A stretch of 64,000 bases of DNA from Chiloscyllium plagiosum. Taxonomy: Eukaryota. This document shows positions 13,470-26,295 of the stretch, in pieces (position 1 is the stretch's first letter; each line of letters opens with the position of its first letter). Made by a program: the position numbers and the translations under genes. The notes beneath the pieces are model-generated. The model was not told the DNA's origin, did not search any database, and saw only the letters and a list, made by a program, of their open reading frames with translations. The stretch covers positions 75,988,882 to 76,052,881 of the forward strand of contig NC_057719.1 in assembly GCF_004010195.1 (NCBI RefSeq), given 5' to 3'.

Positions 13470-14130
13470 AGATCCTTCTACATCTGACAGAAATTTGCCT
13501 GTACCTCCATCAATGCCATCTACTGTATCCCAATGTGGTCTCCTCTACATCGGGGAGACAGGACGCCAACTTGTGGATAGTTTCAGGGAACATCTCTGGG
13601 ACACCTGCACCAACCAACCCCACTGCCCCGTGGCTGAACACTTCAACTCCCCCTCCCACTCCGCCAAGGATATGCAGGACCCGGGCCTCCTCCATCACCA
13701 AACCCTTACCACCCGAAGCCTGAATGAAGAACACCTCATTTTCCGCTTTGGGATCCCGCAACCACATGGGATCAATGTGGATTTTACCAGTTTCCTCATT
13801 TCCCCTCCCCCATACTATCCCAGTCCCAAGCCTCCAACCCTCTTGACCTGTCCATCACCTGTCCTACCTATCTGCTCCACTCTCCTCTCTGACCTATCAC
13901 CTTCCCACCCACCTTCATCTACCAATCCCATTCTCAACTACCTTCCCTCCAACCTCAGCCCCTCCCAATTATCTCTCAGCCCCCAGCCCACAAGCCTCAT
14001 TTCTGATGAAGAGCATATGCCCAAAGCATTGATCCTCCTGCTCTTCTGATGCTGCCTAACCTGCTGTGCTTTTCTAGCACCACGATCTCAGCTCTGATCT
14101 CTAGCATCTGTAGTCCTCACTTTCTCCTCC
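13470..14130 (+). mobile_element. Penelope-like element 3' end (GIY-YIG endonuclease fragment plus terminal repeat)
   Basis: CGLLYIGETGRQL..FREHL...PVAEHFNSPSHS, followed by a terminal repeat starting ctgatgaagagcatatgccc at ~14003. Confidence 0.9.
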
Positions 14131-14190
14131 TTGATAACCTGATCGGCCATGATTGAACAGCAGCTGAATGGCCTAACGTCTGCTCCACAA

Positions 14191-14901
14191 TTGATATATA
14201 AAGTGGCAAGTATCAATTAGATTTACCTGATAGGAATGCAAAATAAAGACTGGGAAATAAGGGTAGGAAATACAGAAAATCAAATGCTCTAACACTAGCC
14301 ATGATTGAGTAGTGGAGCTGACCCAATGGGCTGAATAGCCTGATTTCTGCTCTTATGGTCTTATGATTCTCCAGCATGTTTAGCCAGAACTAGGCTCCTT
14401 TGTTCTCATGTGGATGATGATCTGCTGATTTCTGGGGAGACATGGGGCACCATTTTTGTCATAAGAATAATGGTGAGATGATCAGCACTCAATGTTATCA
14501 TGATGAAATGCAATTCTGGGGGACATGGACAAGCAACTGAATGTGAAAATCCAGAAGTTGCTGTAAGATTGTGCTGCCATTTCTTCAATCATAGACTTGG
14601 CACTGAGATTGCGGCAACCTGTGAATTTTGAATATATACCCAGCAGCACTCCGTTAAAATTTGGAGATTTTGGGCTAATGCATTCAGGAGTGAGTAAACT
14701 TTAACAGCGTGATAAGTGATGGTTACTTCTGCATAAATATTGGCTCTGAAAATATAACTTTAAAACATAAGGATCTTTTCACCTGAAAATGTTAGTTTTG
14801 GAGCATTTGTTTTCTGTATTTCCTATCCTTATTTCCCAGTCTTTATTTTGTGTTCCAGGTATAATTTAAAACTAATTGCTACTTGCTGCTTTATATATCA
14901 A
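14191..14901. repeat. Inverted repeat, ~110-bp arms
   Basis: 14191-14299 (ttgatatataaagtggcaagt...aaaataaagactgggaaataagggtaggaaatacagaaaa) is the reverse complement of 14791-14901. Confidence 0.85.
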
Positions 14902-16039
14902 AGAACAAAGAATAATACAGCACAGGAACAGGCCCTTCGGCCCTCGAAGCACGTGCTGACCCATTTTGCCCTTCCATGGCATATCCTGGTTTAAGCACTG
15001 TCAGCATGAGTGTGCTGACCGCATGGCATGAGATAGAAAGTGACGGGAGGCTGATAAAACATGCTGGGGCCATGTCAGGCTGGTCACTGCAGTACTGGCC
15101 AAACCTCACAGTTGTAGTTGGCACAGGCTCACCCTAACACCGAATAGTGGCAAGCAGACTGTTAAGCAATCACGTAACAGTGACTTGTCCAGTGATTGAG
15201 ATGTTACAAGGGGAGCACAGGTCAGCCACAGATTGGCAGTCAGTTTTGTTTTAATTCGTTGTGTCATTGGTTAGGCCAGAATTCATTGCCCATCCAAGAG
15301 GGTAGTAAAGGGTGGTTCTGGAGTCACATGCAGTCCAGCTCAGGTAAGAATGGCAGTTTCCTTCCCTGGAAGACATTCGTCAACCAAATGGGTTTTTCAT
15401 AACAATTGACATTGGATCCATGGCCATCATTAGACTCCGAATTCCAGATTTTCATTGAATTCATCTGTTGCGGTGATTCAAATGCAAGTCCCCAGCACAT
15501 TACCTGGATCTCTGGATTAACAGGCCAGCGATCATACCACTAGGCTATCAGCTCCCTGGGTTGGAAATCTGTGATGCAAAAGCAACGCAGCGCGGGTGGG
15601 CAAGCCTGGAGCAAGTGCAAAGGGTGGGAATGTAGTGAGGGGTCCTCAAGGAAGTAGGTCTCCCAGGTATGCAGTAGGAACTGGAGTAGAATTAGCTGTT
15701 TCAGAGACTCGTTGCTATGAGACCTTCATCTGGTTCCATCTCCATGGGTGCATAGTATTCAGAACTTGAATTTTCCAGTGGGGAGGAGAATGAAAGAGAG
15801 GTGGGACATGCGGCCACATGGGGGAGCTGTGGAACAACGAGGGAATCTCTAACAACTTGAAGAAGTGACGGAGAGTGGACGAGGATATTGCCCGAAGGTC
15901 AAAGAAGGCATTACCCCAGTTGACATGGTGTACGAACAGAGCCTCAGATTGATGGAAATGTCTCATCCCCAATCACTCTGACAACTGAATCTCTCCAGCA
16001 CCAGCCAGATTGCATTTGTACTACATGTATTCATAATCA

Positions 16040-16690
16040 GTATGTTTGGTATGCTTTCCTTTATTGGTCAGAGTGTTGAGTACAGGAGTTGGGAGGTCAT
16101 GTTGCGGCTGTACAGGACATTGGTTAGGCCACTGTTGGAATATTGCGTGCAATTCTGGTCTCCTTCCTATCAGAAAGATGTTGTGAAACTTGAAATGGTT
16201 CAGAAAAGATTTACAAGGATGTTGCCAGGGTTGGAGGATTTGAGCTATAGGAGAGGCTGAACAGGCTGGGGCTGTTTTCCCTGGAGTGTTGGAGGCTGAG
16301 GGGTGACCTTATAGAGGTTTACAAAATTATGAGGGACATGGATTGGATAAATAGACAAAGTCTTTTTCCTGATATGAGGGAGACTAGAACTAGAGGGGCA
16401 TAGGTTTAGGGTGAGAAGGGAAAGATATAAAAGAGACCTAAGGGGCAACCTTTTCACACATAGGGTGGTACGGGTATGTAATGAGCTGCTGGTGGAAGTG
16501 GTGGAGGCTGGTACAAGTGCAACATTTAAGAGGCATTTGGATGGGTATATGAATAGGAAGGGTTTGGAGGGATATGGGCCAGGTGCGGGCAGGTGGGACT
16601 AGATTGGGTTGGGATATCTGGTCGGCATGGATGGGTTGGACCGAAGAGTCTGTTTCTGTGCTGTACATCTCTATGACTCTATGACTCTGT
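16040..16690 (+). mobile_element. CR1 (HER1-like) LINE 3' end
   Basis: FGMLSFIGQSVEYRSWEVMLRLYRTLVRPLLEYCVQFWSP; (ctatgact)n tail. Confidence 0.92.
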
Positions 16691-17445
16691 GTTTTCTTAC
16701 CCTCAGAGTGGTTCCCCATAAATTATTCTAGCAGCAAGATTTTTGTGAGTTTTAAAATACAACAGGCTGTTAATTCTCAAACACATAACACAATGTGGGG
16801 GCAACTCCTTCTGTTTATTAGATCCCCACCTTTCGAGGTTTGACTGTATATTAACATTTTGTTTGTTTGCATATCCTGCAGCTTGTTCAATGGCATTTAG
16901 TGGAATATTTTGCCAGCAAGCAACTTCTACCTGATTAAAAATTGACAAAAAAATGGCTCCCTCATGATGTGACGTCCACAAGTTCAAAGTCCTTCTTCCA
17001 AATAAAGGGTGGTGTTTAAGCTGATTCCAATCATCTTGTGTTGCTGTTTGACACCTTGAAAGTTGGAGATAGCTATTCTAGTGGGATGAGAGACCATGAT
17101 AATCCAATGGAAGGTCAATATGATCCATTCACTTTCATCCATCAGACAGCAAGCTGGATTTTCCGTTAAGTGACAAAATGATCTTTTCCACCTCTCTGGT
17201 CAAAACCAATTGAAATAATGATTTCAAATTTAGGGATTTATATCATTCCTCATTATGCTATGATGAAATTGGCTGCTACCTGTATTAGGTTTACAGGTTA
17301 GAAGTGAAACATTTGAGATGTGATAATTATGTGAAGGTTGCCAAATTTGTTCTTCATCAGCAATTAGTCAATATGTGGGCAGTGCTCTGGTGGTGCTGTA
17401 GGTAGCGCCCAGGTCCCTGAGCCAGAAGGTTCAGGTACAAAACCT

Positions 17446-17689
17446 ATTCCAGAATTTAAAATATGAAAGAACTGCGGATGTTGTGAATCAGAAGCAAAAC
17501 CAGAAATTGCTGGAAAAGCTCAGCAGGTCTGGCAGCATCTGTGAAGAGAAATCAGAGTCAACGTTTCAGGTCCAGCTCTGAGGAAGGGTAACCGGACCCA
17601 AAACGTTTATTCTGATTTCTCTTCACAGGTGCTGCCAGACCTGCTGAGCTTTTCCAGCAACTTCTGTTCTTTTTGCTCCATTCCAGAAT
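17446..17689. mobile_element. Inverted pair of PLE termini with TSD, inserted in a SINE
   Basis: ...gctggaaaagctcagcaggtctggcagc... versus ...gctgccagacctgctgagcttttccagc...; degenerate ctgaggaagggtaaccggacccaaaacg core. TSD attccagaat at 17446-17455 and 17680-17689. Confidence 0.8.
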
Positions 17690-18060
17690 ATGATGGCAAG
17701 GAAAGTCGCACCAACAATGCAACAAGCAGGTATGTTAACATGTAAAGTCTTTTCAACATACAATTGTGGTAGGCAGTAAGAGTGGGAGACATTCCAGGTC
17801 AGCCATGTGAAAGAAATTCGAACCGCTAACATCACTATCTACATCTGTAAATAATATGGTTTGATGCTGAAGCAGCTCAGATTCTTTAGGGGCCAACAGG
17901 GTGAACGGTGGTCTGGATCAGTTTAGGATCAACAGCATGGGTTCGCTCCCCATTCCAGTCAGGATGGATTTATGACCTACCTCCTTACATTATTATGGCA
18001 GAGATTGTGAACAGCAAAACAGGACAGGACTGGTTTCTACTTTGTTTTTCTGCTCGAATG

Positions 18061-18227
18061 ACTGTGTTAATGGACTGGGCGAAAGTGAGGAGTGCAGATG
18101 CTGAAGATTACAGTCTAGAGTGTGGTGCTGGAAAAGCACAGCATGTCAGGCAGCATCCGAAGAACAGGAAAATCGACGTTTCGGGCAAAAGCCCTTCATC
18201 AGGAATGAACAGTGTTATGGACCGGGC
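18061..18227 (-). mobile_element. Solo PLE terminus with hammerhead core and ~19-bp TSD
   Basis: Minus strand attcCTGATGAAGGGCttttGCCCGAAACGTC. Flanks actgtgttaatggactgggc and acagtgttatggaccgggc. Confidence 0.8.
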
Positions 18228-18920
18228 CAGAGCCCCTCAAAATGTTTTAAGAAGGTAGCCTAGACCCTAACTTTTTATTCTCTTTTAGGCAGATGTAGAG
18301 TGTACAGTCCAGGAGTGATGCAGCTGGTCAAACCACTCAGCTTTATACAAAACAGAATTTATTTCAATATTACAGATAAAACACAAGCAAAAGAAAACAG
18401 AATTTATAATAACGTATTTGATAACCCAGCCGACACAATATCGCAACTTAACGCAGCTGTTCAAATCCCTACAACATCCCATAAGCGCACCCCATGGCAA
18501 AAAGTAAAATCAAGCACAGGTTCTTACAGGCAGGAGTTTTCATAGAGAAAGCTCAGGCAAGACCTCTGCTGAAACATGGAACTTCTTTTCACTGTAGCTG
18601 TTTCTCTAGGTCCCCAGCAGTTTTCCAAATGCTTGCTAAAACTAAACCAAACTAGAAAAAAAAACCTGAAGAAGGGCTTATGCCCGAAACGTCGATTCTC
18701 CTGCTCCTTGGATGCTGCCTGACCTGCTGCGCTTTTCCAACAACACATTTTTCAGCTCTGATCTCCAGCATCTGCAGTCCTCACTTTCTCCTAGAAAAAA
18801 AACCTGAACTGGGAGAATTGGCCAGTCCCCTGCCATTGTTTTAAAGTAGCCATTTTCAGACAAATCGGCACCTCTGCCTTTACAACCCCTCTTGAAAAAA
18901 CCAAGGACAGCATCATCACA
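18213..18920 (-). mobile_element. Solo LTR-like element
   Basis: TG...CA ends (tgttatggacc...catcatcaca). A reverse-oriented relative lies at ~40868-41516. Confidence 0.6.
18652..18808 (+). mobile_element. Solo PLE terminus with intact hammerhead core and TSD
   Basis: CTGAAGA-A-GGGC-TTAT-GCCC-GAAA-C-GTC at 18666-18693. TSD ctag(A)8-9cctgaa at 18652-18670 and 18791-18808. Confidence 0.85.
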
Positions 18921-19717
18921 GCTGCTAAATAATAAAGGGTCAGACCTGTCTTTGGCAGTGACCCGAGAAAAAGAAGGTGCATTGGGATTTAATCAATTAC
19001 CATTGCTTTCCCTCTAAATCCCCTTATTTACTAAATCTCAGTTTCATTTCTTGCCCTAGCCTACACTTGACTACACTTTGTCCTTCATTTAGACATTGTT
19101 CCAACCACTTGTGACTCCTCAGATACTGAAGTAGCCTGTGTCCATATGCAACAAGACCAAGATGACTTTCAGTGTTATATTGATTATTGGCAAGTTACAT
19201 TCACGCCACAGAAGTGCACGTAGTGACCATCTCCAACAAGACAGAATCTAATCATCTTCCTCAACACATTCAGTGATATCATCGCTAAATCCCCCAAGAC
19301 CAGCATGCTGGGCATTGCGATTGCCCAGAGACTGAACTGAACCAGCCATGTTAAATGTTTGGTGCTCTTAAGTAAAATTCATACCAGACTTGAAATGTTA
19401 ATTCTATTTTTCTCTCTCCACAGATGCTGGCAAACTTTCTGAATTTCTCCACCACTTTCTGTATTTACTCCAACCACGTTAATACTGTGGCTATTGGAAT
19501 AGGTTGGGATTTCTGTGGTGAGTGACTCAAATACTGATCCCCAAATTCTGTCCAACATCTGCAAAGCACTAAACAGGATGGTAGTCAAATGGTAAAATAA
19601 GGCTTGAATAACATTCAACAAGCTTGACACTATTCAGCAGCCTTTTTTATCCATCTTCAGCGTTAACTCCCTTTCCACTGATAGATAATGACAACAGTGT
19701 ACTCCATTTGCAAGATA

Positions 19718-20046
19718 GAATCATAGAAACCCTACAATGTGGAAGCAGGCCATACAGCTTATCAGCTGAAGAGCATCCCATGCAGACCCACCCCATCCCT
19801 GTCACTCTGCATTTCCTATGACTAATCCACCCAGCCTGTACATCCCTGGACACTATGGCCAAACTAGCACAGCCAATCCACCTAACCTGCACATCTTTGG
19901 ACTGTGGGAGGAAACTGGAACAAACCCTCACAGACACGGGGAGAATGTGCAAACCCCACACAGACAGTTACCCGAAAGTGGGATCAAACCCGGGTCCCTG
20001 GTGCTGTGAGGCTGTAGTGCTAACCACTGAGCCACCTCGTCACCCT
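19718..20046 (-). mobile_element. HE1-type SINE
   Basis: Reverse complement of ggtggctcagtggttagcactacagcctcacagcaccagggacccgggtttgatccc. Confidence 0.88.
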
Positions 20047-20565
20047 GGAAGTTTAAGGTACACTGTGATTTGAACCCAGGATCTCCTCTTTGCTAGACAA
20101 ACACTTTAACCAACTCATCCACGGGCACCATACGTCTGGCCCCAACTCAACAAGGCTCCTCAAACACCCTCCTCCAAATCGCTGACCAACACTGCCTTCA
20201 AGGACAGGGGCAGCAGATGCATGGGAGCGCCACCACTTAAAAGTTTCCCTCCAAGCCGCGCACCATCATGATTTGGAAATTTATCTCCATTCCTTCACTG
20301 TGGCTGGGTCAAAATCCTGGGACTCCATTTCTCCTATGGGAGCATCTGCATGAGATGGATTGCAGTGCCTCATGAAAGCAAATCACCAGACCTTCTCCAG
20401 AGCAACGAGAGACTAACACAGAGTCTGGCCTGACCAGTTATACTCACATCCCAAGGAAGAATAAAAGAAAGTGAACGTTAGACCTCTCCTCACTGGATTT
20501 CACTGCAACCGGAGATATACTTCTGCAGAGATTTTGGACCTTTCTAGTTTTTTGTCACCTCCCAG

Positions 20566-20808
20566 CACTTTCATGCTTATCTCTACTCTGTTGATTCTCC
20601 TTCCAAAAATACATCCGGTTTTCTGGCAGGAAGCCAATTCCCCATCTCTAAAATTAACAGAGTGCTTCAGGAAAATTGTGCAACAGCATAACCTTCAAAA
20701 AGAATCAATGGCTGCCTCACATTATATGGCTATGGCAGTCATTCGAAATAGACTGATACGGACTGCCAACGAAGGAAATTATGCTCGACCTTGATTAGCT
20801 TTCAGCTG
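20566..20808 (+). pseudogene. Exon relic with RGS-like F-x-x-YL...FWQE motif, frameshifted
   Basis: ttttttgtcacctcccag|CAC TTT CAT GCT TAT CTC TAC TCT (HFHAYLYS...), shifting frame to HPVFWQEA. Donor ctg|gtgagc. Confidence 0.45.
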
Positions 20809-21519
20809 GTGAGCTGAACTTAATACATGACAGCAAATGGATGTGGCACCAGAGTGATATAGCAGCAGGATCAGGAAGCAGAGGGCATAGATTTAAGATA
20901 ATTGCCAGAAAAACAAAAGGTGAAATGAGGTTTTCATTTTACACAGAGTTGTTACAATTTGGAAAGAATTGCCTAAAAGGCTGGTGTAAGTAAATTCATT
21001 CAGAAGGGAATTGGATAACTATTGGAAGGTAAAAATAATTGCACGGCTAATAGGAAGGAAGAGAATCCTGGGGCAAATTAGATAGATCCTTTAAAGACAA
21101 CAGCAAACGTGCAGTGATCTGAAAAGCCTCTGCCTACCCTGTATAATTATGTGAGTTAGAAATTCTCTGAGATGCTGAGTGTACATTTTTGGTTAATAAG
21201 TGATTGATGAAAACGGCTTGCCTTGAAATCTAGAGCAAACTGTTCCATGATCAATTCAGTGCTTTCCCATTCGATGTGATGACAGCATCAAGCAGGCAGC
21301 TACCACTCACTGTTACTGCTAAGTGTTACATTCTGGTCCCATTAATGTCACTGCATGATCACATCATGTAACTGGGAAATGACCAAATCAAAAAAAAAAC
21401 AACAAAAAGAGCATTTTTTTTCTCTCATGCAAGGTTTACCGCAGTTTGGATGACTAATTTGTTCTGCAAAGTTGACAACAATGAAGGCAATTTTACTTTG
21501 AGGATATGATCATATATCA

Positions 21520-22425
21520 CCAGAAGGTACATAGTTCTTTGAAGTTCATGTCACATGTAGACAGGATGGTTTAAAAAGGCTTTTAGCACACTTGCCTTCT
21601 TTGCTCAGACCTTTGAGTATATGAGTTGGGCAGCACTGTGGTTCAGTGGTTAGCACTGCTGCCTCAGAATGCCAGGGACCAAGATTCAATTCCACCTTCA
21701 GGTGACTACCTGTGTGGAGTTTGCATGTTCGCCCTGGATCAATGTGGGTTTCTCTAGGTGCTCAGGCTTCCATCCAAAGATGTGTGAGCTAGGTGGATTA
21801 GCCATGCTAAATTGTCCATAGTGTTTAGGAGCCGTGCGTTAGCCATGGGAAATGCAGGGTTGTGGTGGGATGCTGTTTGGTGTTGGGCCAAATGGCCTGT
21901 TTCCCCACACTGTAGGAATTCTATGATCGTGTTGAGGTTGAACAGAATGTTGGTGAGGCTGCTTCTGGTGTACTGCGTCCAGTTCTGGTCACCACTATTT
22001 AGCAGGAGAGGGTTCGGAAAAGATTCATCAGGATGTTGCTGGGAATGAAGGGTTTGAGTTATAAGGACAGGCTGGGACTTTATTCACCGGAGTGTAGGAG
22101 GTTGAGGGGTATAGATAAAATGAATGGCAGGTATCTTTTCCTTAAGGTGGGGAATTTCAAGACTAGAGGGCATTTTTCATGGTGAGAGGAGAAAGATGTT
22201 AAAAAGACATGAGGGGGCAACTTTTTTATACTGAGAGTGATTCACTGAGTGTGTGGAATGGACTTCCAGAGGAAGTGGTGAACAACATTTGAAAGACATT
22301 TAGATAAGTAATGTTTGGAGGGACATGGGCCATGCGCTGGCAGGTGGGGCTAGTTTAGTTTGGGATTATGGATTGGTTGACTGACAGATCTTTTTCGTTG
22401 CTGTGTGACTCTGTGACTCTATAAA
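21520..22425 (+). mobile_element. CR1 LINE fragment with nested HE1 SINE (~21630-21927)
   Basis: CR1 text (ctttgagtatatgagttggg|...|gttgaggttgaacagaatgttggtgagg) is split by a SINE beginning gtggttcagtggttagcactgctgcctc. Confidence 0.85.
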
Positions 22426-23034
22426 TCTATTTTGTAAAGATGAAATAAAACTCCTTCTCCTGTTAACAATCCTGGCTCTCTTCCTTGCGCCATTGCTTCA
22501 GAAAACGATTGGTCAAGTCATTCCAAAGAGATCCCACTTCCTTCAAGCTGCTTCCTTGTGATCCCCCTTTCCAGTCCCAAGGCATCCATATTGATTCATC
22601 TCTGTAATATCGAATCTTAAAATAATTTGCATTTGCCCTGAACGCATATAAAAACAAAATGGCATTATGAAATTGGTTCTCAATATTATTCAGTCAAAGT
22701 ATTTCAAGGCCAAAGACAAACAGCTACAACAACAGAAGAGGGCTGAGCTACTGGTCCTTTTATCACAGGAAGTTCTGTAAGTCTTGGGGCAAGCCTATAC
22801 TGTGAGCAGCAGAGTGGTAGGAAGTAAGGTGCCAATTGAAGGTTGGCCATTAAACGTCTAATACATGTTTATTCCTTTTATTTGCTCATTTACAATTGTC
22901 CACTAATGCCCTCTTAAAGTAACCAACAGCATAAAAGGCCCAATTCAATGCTATTTTGTTGGTGTCTCAAATAGAGGTGAATTCCATTCTTGGACCAGCA
23001 GGGAGCGTAAGCAGCAAAGCACAAAAAAACAAAG

Positions 23035-23255
23035 GTCATTACAGCACAGGAACAGGCCCTTCGGCCTTCAAACCTGCACTGATCCAGATCCTCTATCTAA
23101 ACCTCTCCCCCATTTTCTAAGGGTCTGTATCCCTTTGCTCCCTGCCATTCATGTATCTGTCTAGACACATCTTAAATGGAGCTATCGTGCCCGCCTCTAC
23201 CAGCTCTGCTGGCAACATGTTCCAGGCACCCACCACCCTCTGTCTAAAGAACTTG
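23035..23255 (-). mobile_element. CR1 LINE 3' end
   Basis: acagcacaggaacaggcccttcggcc...ttccaggcacccaccaccctctg, a reversed CR1 tail. Confidence 0.75.
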
Positions 23256-25179
23256 CCAGAACTTGCAAGAGAGCTGTTAACCACCTGAGACAGGCATGGT
23301 CCATGGGATTTCTAAGTGGACAGTGCCATTGTAAATATAAATGTAACTTTGTCATTTGAAAAAGGTTCCACTTTAAGTGGAATGATATCCAAGTTGTTGT
23401 TACCATAGATATCTGGGCCAGGGCCTTTAGGCTCAACAAACAGAACCTTCACACTCCATCACAAGTTAAGAAATTTGTCTATCCACCATTAAAACATTAA
23501 AAATCAGATTAAATTTCTTTTCTAAAAAAGACTTAATTTTAACATTTATAAATAACCAAACTCAAACCCATTCAAATTAATAAAATAACTACATTATTGC
23601 TTCTCGATCAAGTGCAAGCTTCTCAATAGACCTGACTAAGCCAACAGAGTTAGATATGAATTTATTTTTCTTGAAGGGTGCCCCTGCACAACTTGGCTGA
23701 CCAGAAGATGCTTCCGCTATTACCATCCAGTTGTGATCAATGTGTCTGGCCACATTATAAATGCATCTCATATGGCCATTGAATCCACGGGAGGTACGTG
23801 AACGTAGACCTTCTGATCAAAATCTGGAGCAGTACCTACTGAGGCCCAAGAGCTCCCTATTCCAACACGAACCTCTGATCGGCGTTCACGGAGATGCTGG
23901 TGGCTGGGATTGTGAACCGTCCATGATACCTGAGCAGCCTAATCTCCTGGAGAGAGCCATAAGAGAAAGGAGAATCCTGGAGTCACGAAGGATATACAGT
24001 TTATTCATATCGAAACAGCAAATATTATCTGGGGCTGTAACTGCATTTTGAGTTGGAGGATGCCATTTTGAAACCCTATCAGTTTTCACTGCTGTTTATT
24101 CCGAGATGTGATCATTGCTCATCCTCAGCCCAATGGGCTGCAAACCTTCCACATGAATTCACCAATCAACCAAGGGGTTCAGACAATTTGGTATCACCTA
24201 ATGATTAGATTGAAATTAATGTAAGTTCCTAAAAATGCAAATTAAAGAACAAACACAAAAGGTGTTTGTTCTGTGCCTCATTTCTTACAGAGAATAACAT
24301 TTTCTTCTTGACTTAAAACAAAATAATTCAGACATTCCAGATCAGTGGAAGGAACACACTGAACTAGAAATGTCAGTTTATGAAGTAATCCACTTTGAAT
24401 GTAACAAGGTAAAACCAATTGCAGTGTAAAAGATGTGTGAGGTGGGAAAGGAAAACATTCACATTCATTGCGTTCAGTTCCTGTGCTTTTTTTACCCGTA
24501 TTGAGCTGTGCTATTACTGTGTACAATTCCGTAGAGGGAATGCTTCCAGACTGCGGAGACGATTCTAGTTTGGACTAGGTTGGCATGGACGCTGTCGTGA
24601 CCTCTGCCGTGGCCTTAGGAGGAAAATTATCACCCCATCCAGCTTCTGTATCACCCCATCCAGCAGGATGCCCAAGTCCTTGCCCATAAAACTGGGTGGT
24701 GTGATCCATTGTCTTCCATGTTTAGGACAAAGGTCAGGAACCATGCAGGGCACCTCTGGATTGTCAAAGCTTGCCCAGAGCATGCAAAACGACATTTTAA
24801 AGATGGCGCCAAGGATGCCCATCAATTCTGCTAGAGAACCTCCAAAAAACCTCATCAAAACTTGCACTTAGCGAAAAACAACCTAAGATTCAGCCCACTG
24901 TGTCCACTGACTCTGTTTACAATGTTACAAATGCATTTAAAGCAGTTTAAGACAGTCCATTCAAGGAAGCGGCTCCCACCCATTAAGATTCCAATCTGCA
25001 CTTGCTGGGTTAAAGTCCACCCGATCTCCTTGGCAACAGTCTGGATGTTTCAACAGTTAGAGAATCCTTGCAGTACAGTGGGTTGGAATTGTATGTCATG
25101 ACCCAGCAGAAACGGACAGGCAGTAGACTCTGAGGGAATTGTCTAGGATATTGACGATTCCAATGGACTATTCTTTTTT

Positions 25180-25490
25180 GCCTAGTACCCCACCCATTGG
25201 TCCTGAAAACCACCCCACTTGTCTACTGGCACCAATATATGCAGTCCCTGCCTCTGCCAACCCTGACACATTGAGTATTCACACTACCAACCTATGTAAT
25301 GCACTCCATCACTCAGTTGACACCTTACTATTTGTCATCTTCCTCATCTGGCACCCTAATTTGCCTGGCACCCTGGAATCCTACTTATCTAGCACCCTAC
25401 CATGGCATCCTACTTAAATAGCATTCTTACCCATCCAGCACCCTATGGACAGCACCCCATCCACTTGGCACCCGACTTACATCGCACCCT
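25180..25490. repeat. Degenerate GGCACCC-rich tandem array interrupted by a CR1
   Basis: Recurrent ggcaccc/agcaccc units; the motif resumes at 26296-26320 after the LINE. Confidence 0.55.
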
Positions 25491-25491
25491 A

Positions 25492-26295
25492 GTGTGAAGT
25501 TATTCATTTTGGATGGGAGAACAAAAGAACAGAGTATTATTTAAATGGAAAAACCTGCAGAAACCTTCAACACAAAGGGACTTGGAGGTACTTGCACATG
25601 AAACACAGAGAGTTAGTATCAAGGTGCAACAGGCAATCAGGAAGACGAGTGTAAAGTTGGCCCATCTTTCAAGGGGATTGGAGCGTAAGAATAGGAAAGT
25701 TTTTACTGCAACTGTGCAGGGTGCTATTGAGACCACATTCGAGTATTGTTAACAGTTTTGGTCCCCTTATTTAAGAAAAGCTATCTTTTCATTGAAGGCA
25801 GTTCAAAAAAGGTTCATTTGAATGACCCCTCGTATGGAGGGATTGTTGCATGAGCAAAGATTAAACAGATTGGGAATCTATTCAGTGGAGTTTAGAAGAA
25901 TCAGAGGTGATCTCACTGAAACATTTTGGGTTCTTAAGCAACGCAACAGGGTAAACGCTGAGAGGAAGTTTAGCCTCATCAGAGGGTCTAGGACAGAGGG
26001 CATAGACTCAGAAGAAAAGGGTGTCAATTTAAGTCTGAGATGGCAAGGAATTTCTTCTGTCAGAGGGTTGTCAGTCTTTGGAACTCCTTGTCACAGAGAG
26101 CGGTGGGGGGGCAGAGTCCTTGTGTATATTAAGGCTGAGACAGAGAAAATCTTGATCAGTTCGGGAATCAAGGGTTGTGGGGAAAAGCCTGGGAAGTGGA
26201 ATGAGGAATGTCAGGTTAGCCATGACCCTATCCAATGGCTGAGCAGACTCAAGGGACCGAATTGCCTACTCCTGTTCCTATTGCTTATAGTCTTA
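25492..26295 (+). mobile_element. CR1 LINE 3' fragment
   Basis: QRDLEVLAHETQRVSIKVQQAIRK...RLNRLGIYSVEFRRIRGDL. Confidence 0.88.

Noticed and set aside
8346..16930. Minus-strand exon-like segments with single in-frame TGA codons (16930-16701, 8536-8346, also ~20647), suggesting a selenoprotein or readthrough gene
   Set aside because: Phases do not chain, several donors are weak and no SECIS could be identified. The same islands have stronger, phase-compatible splice sites on the plus strand. CGA/TGG-to-TGA decay or an antisense shadow is more parsimonious.
21630..21700. tRNA-like A/B box sequences
   Set aside because: These are heads of HE1 SINEs, not tRNA genes.
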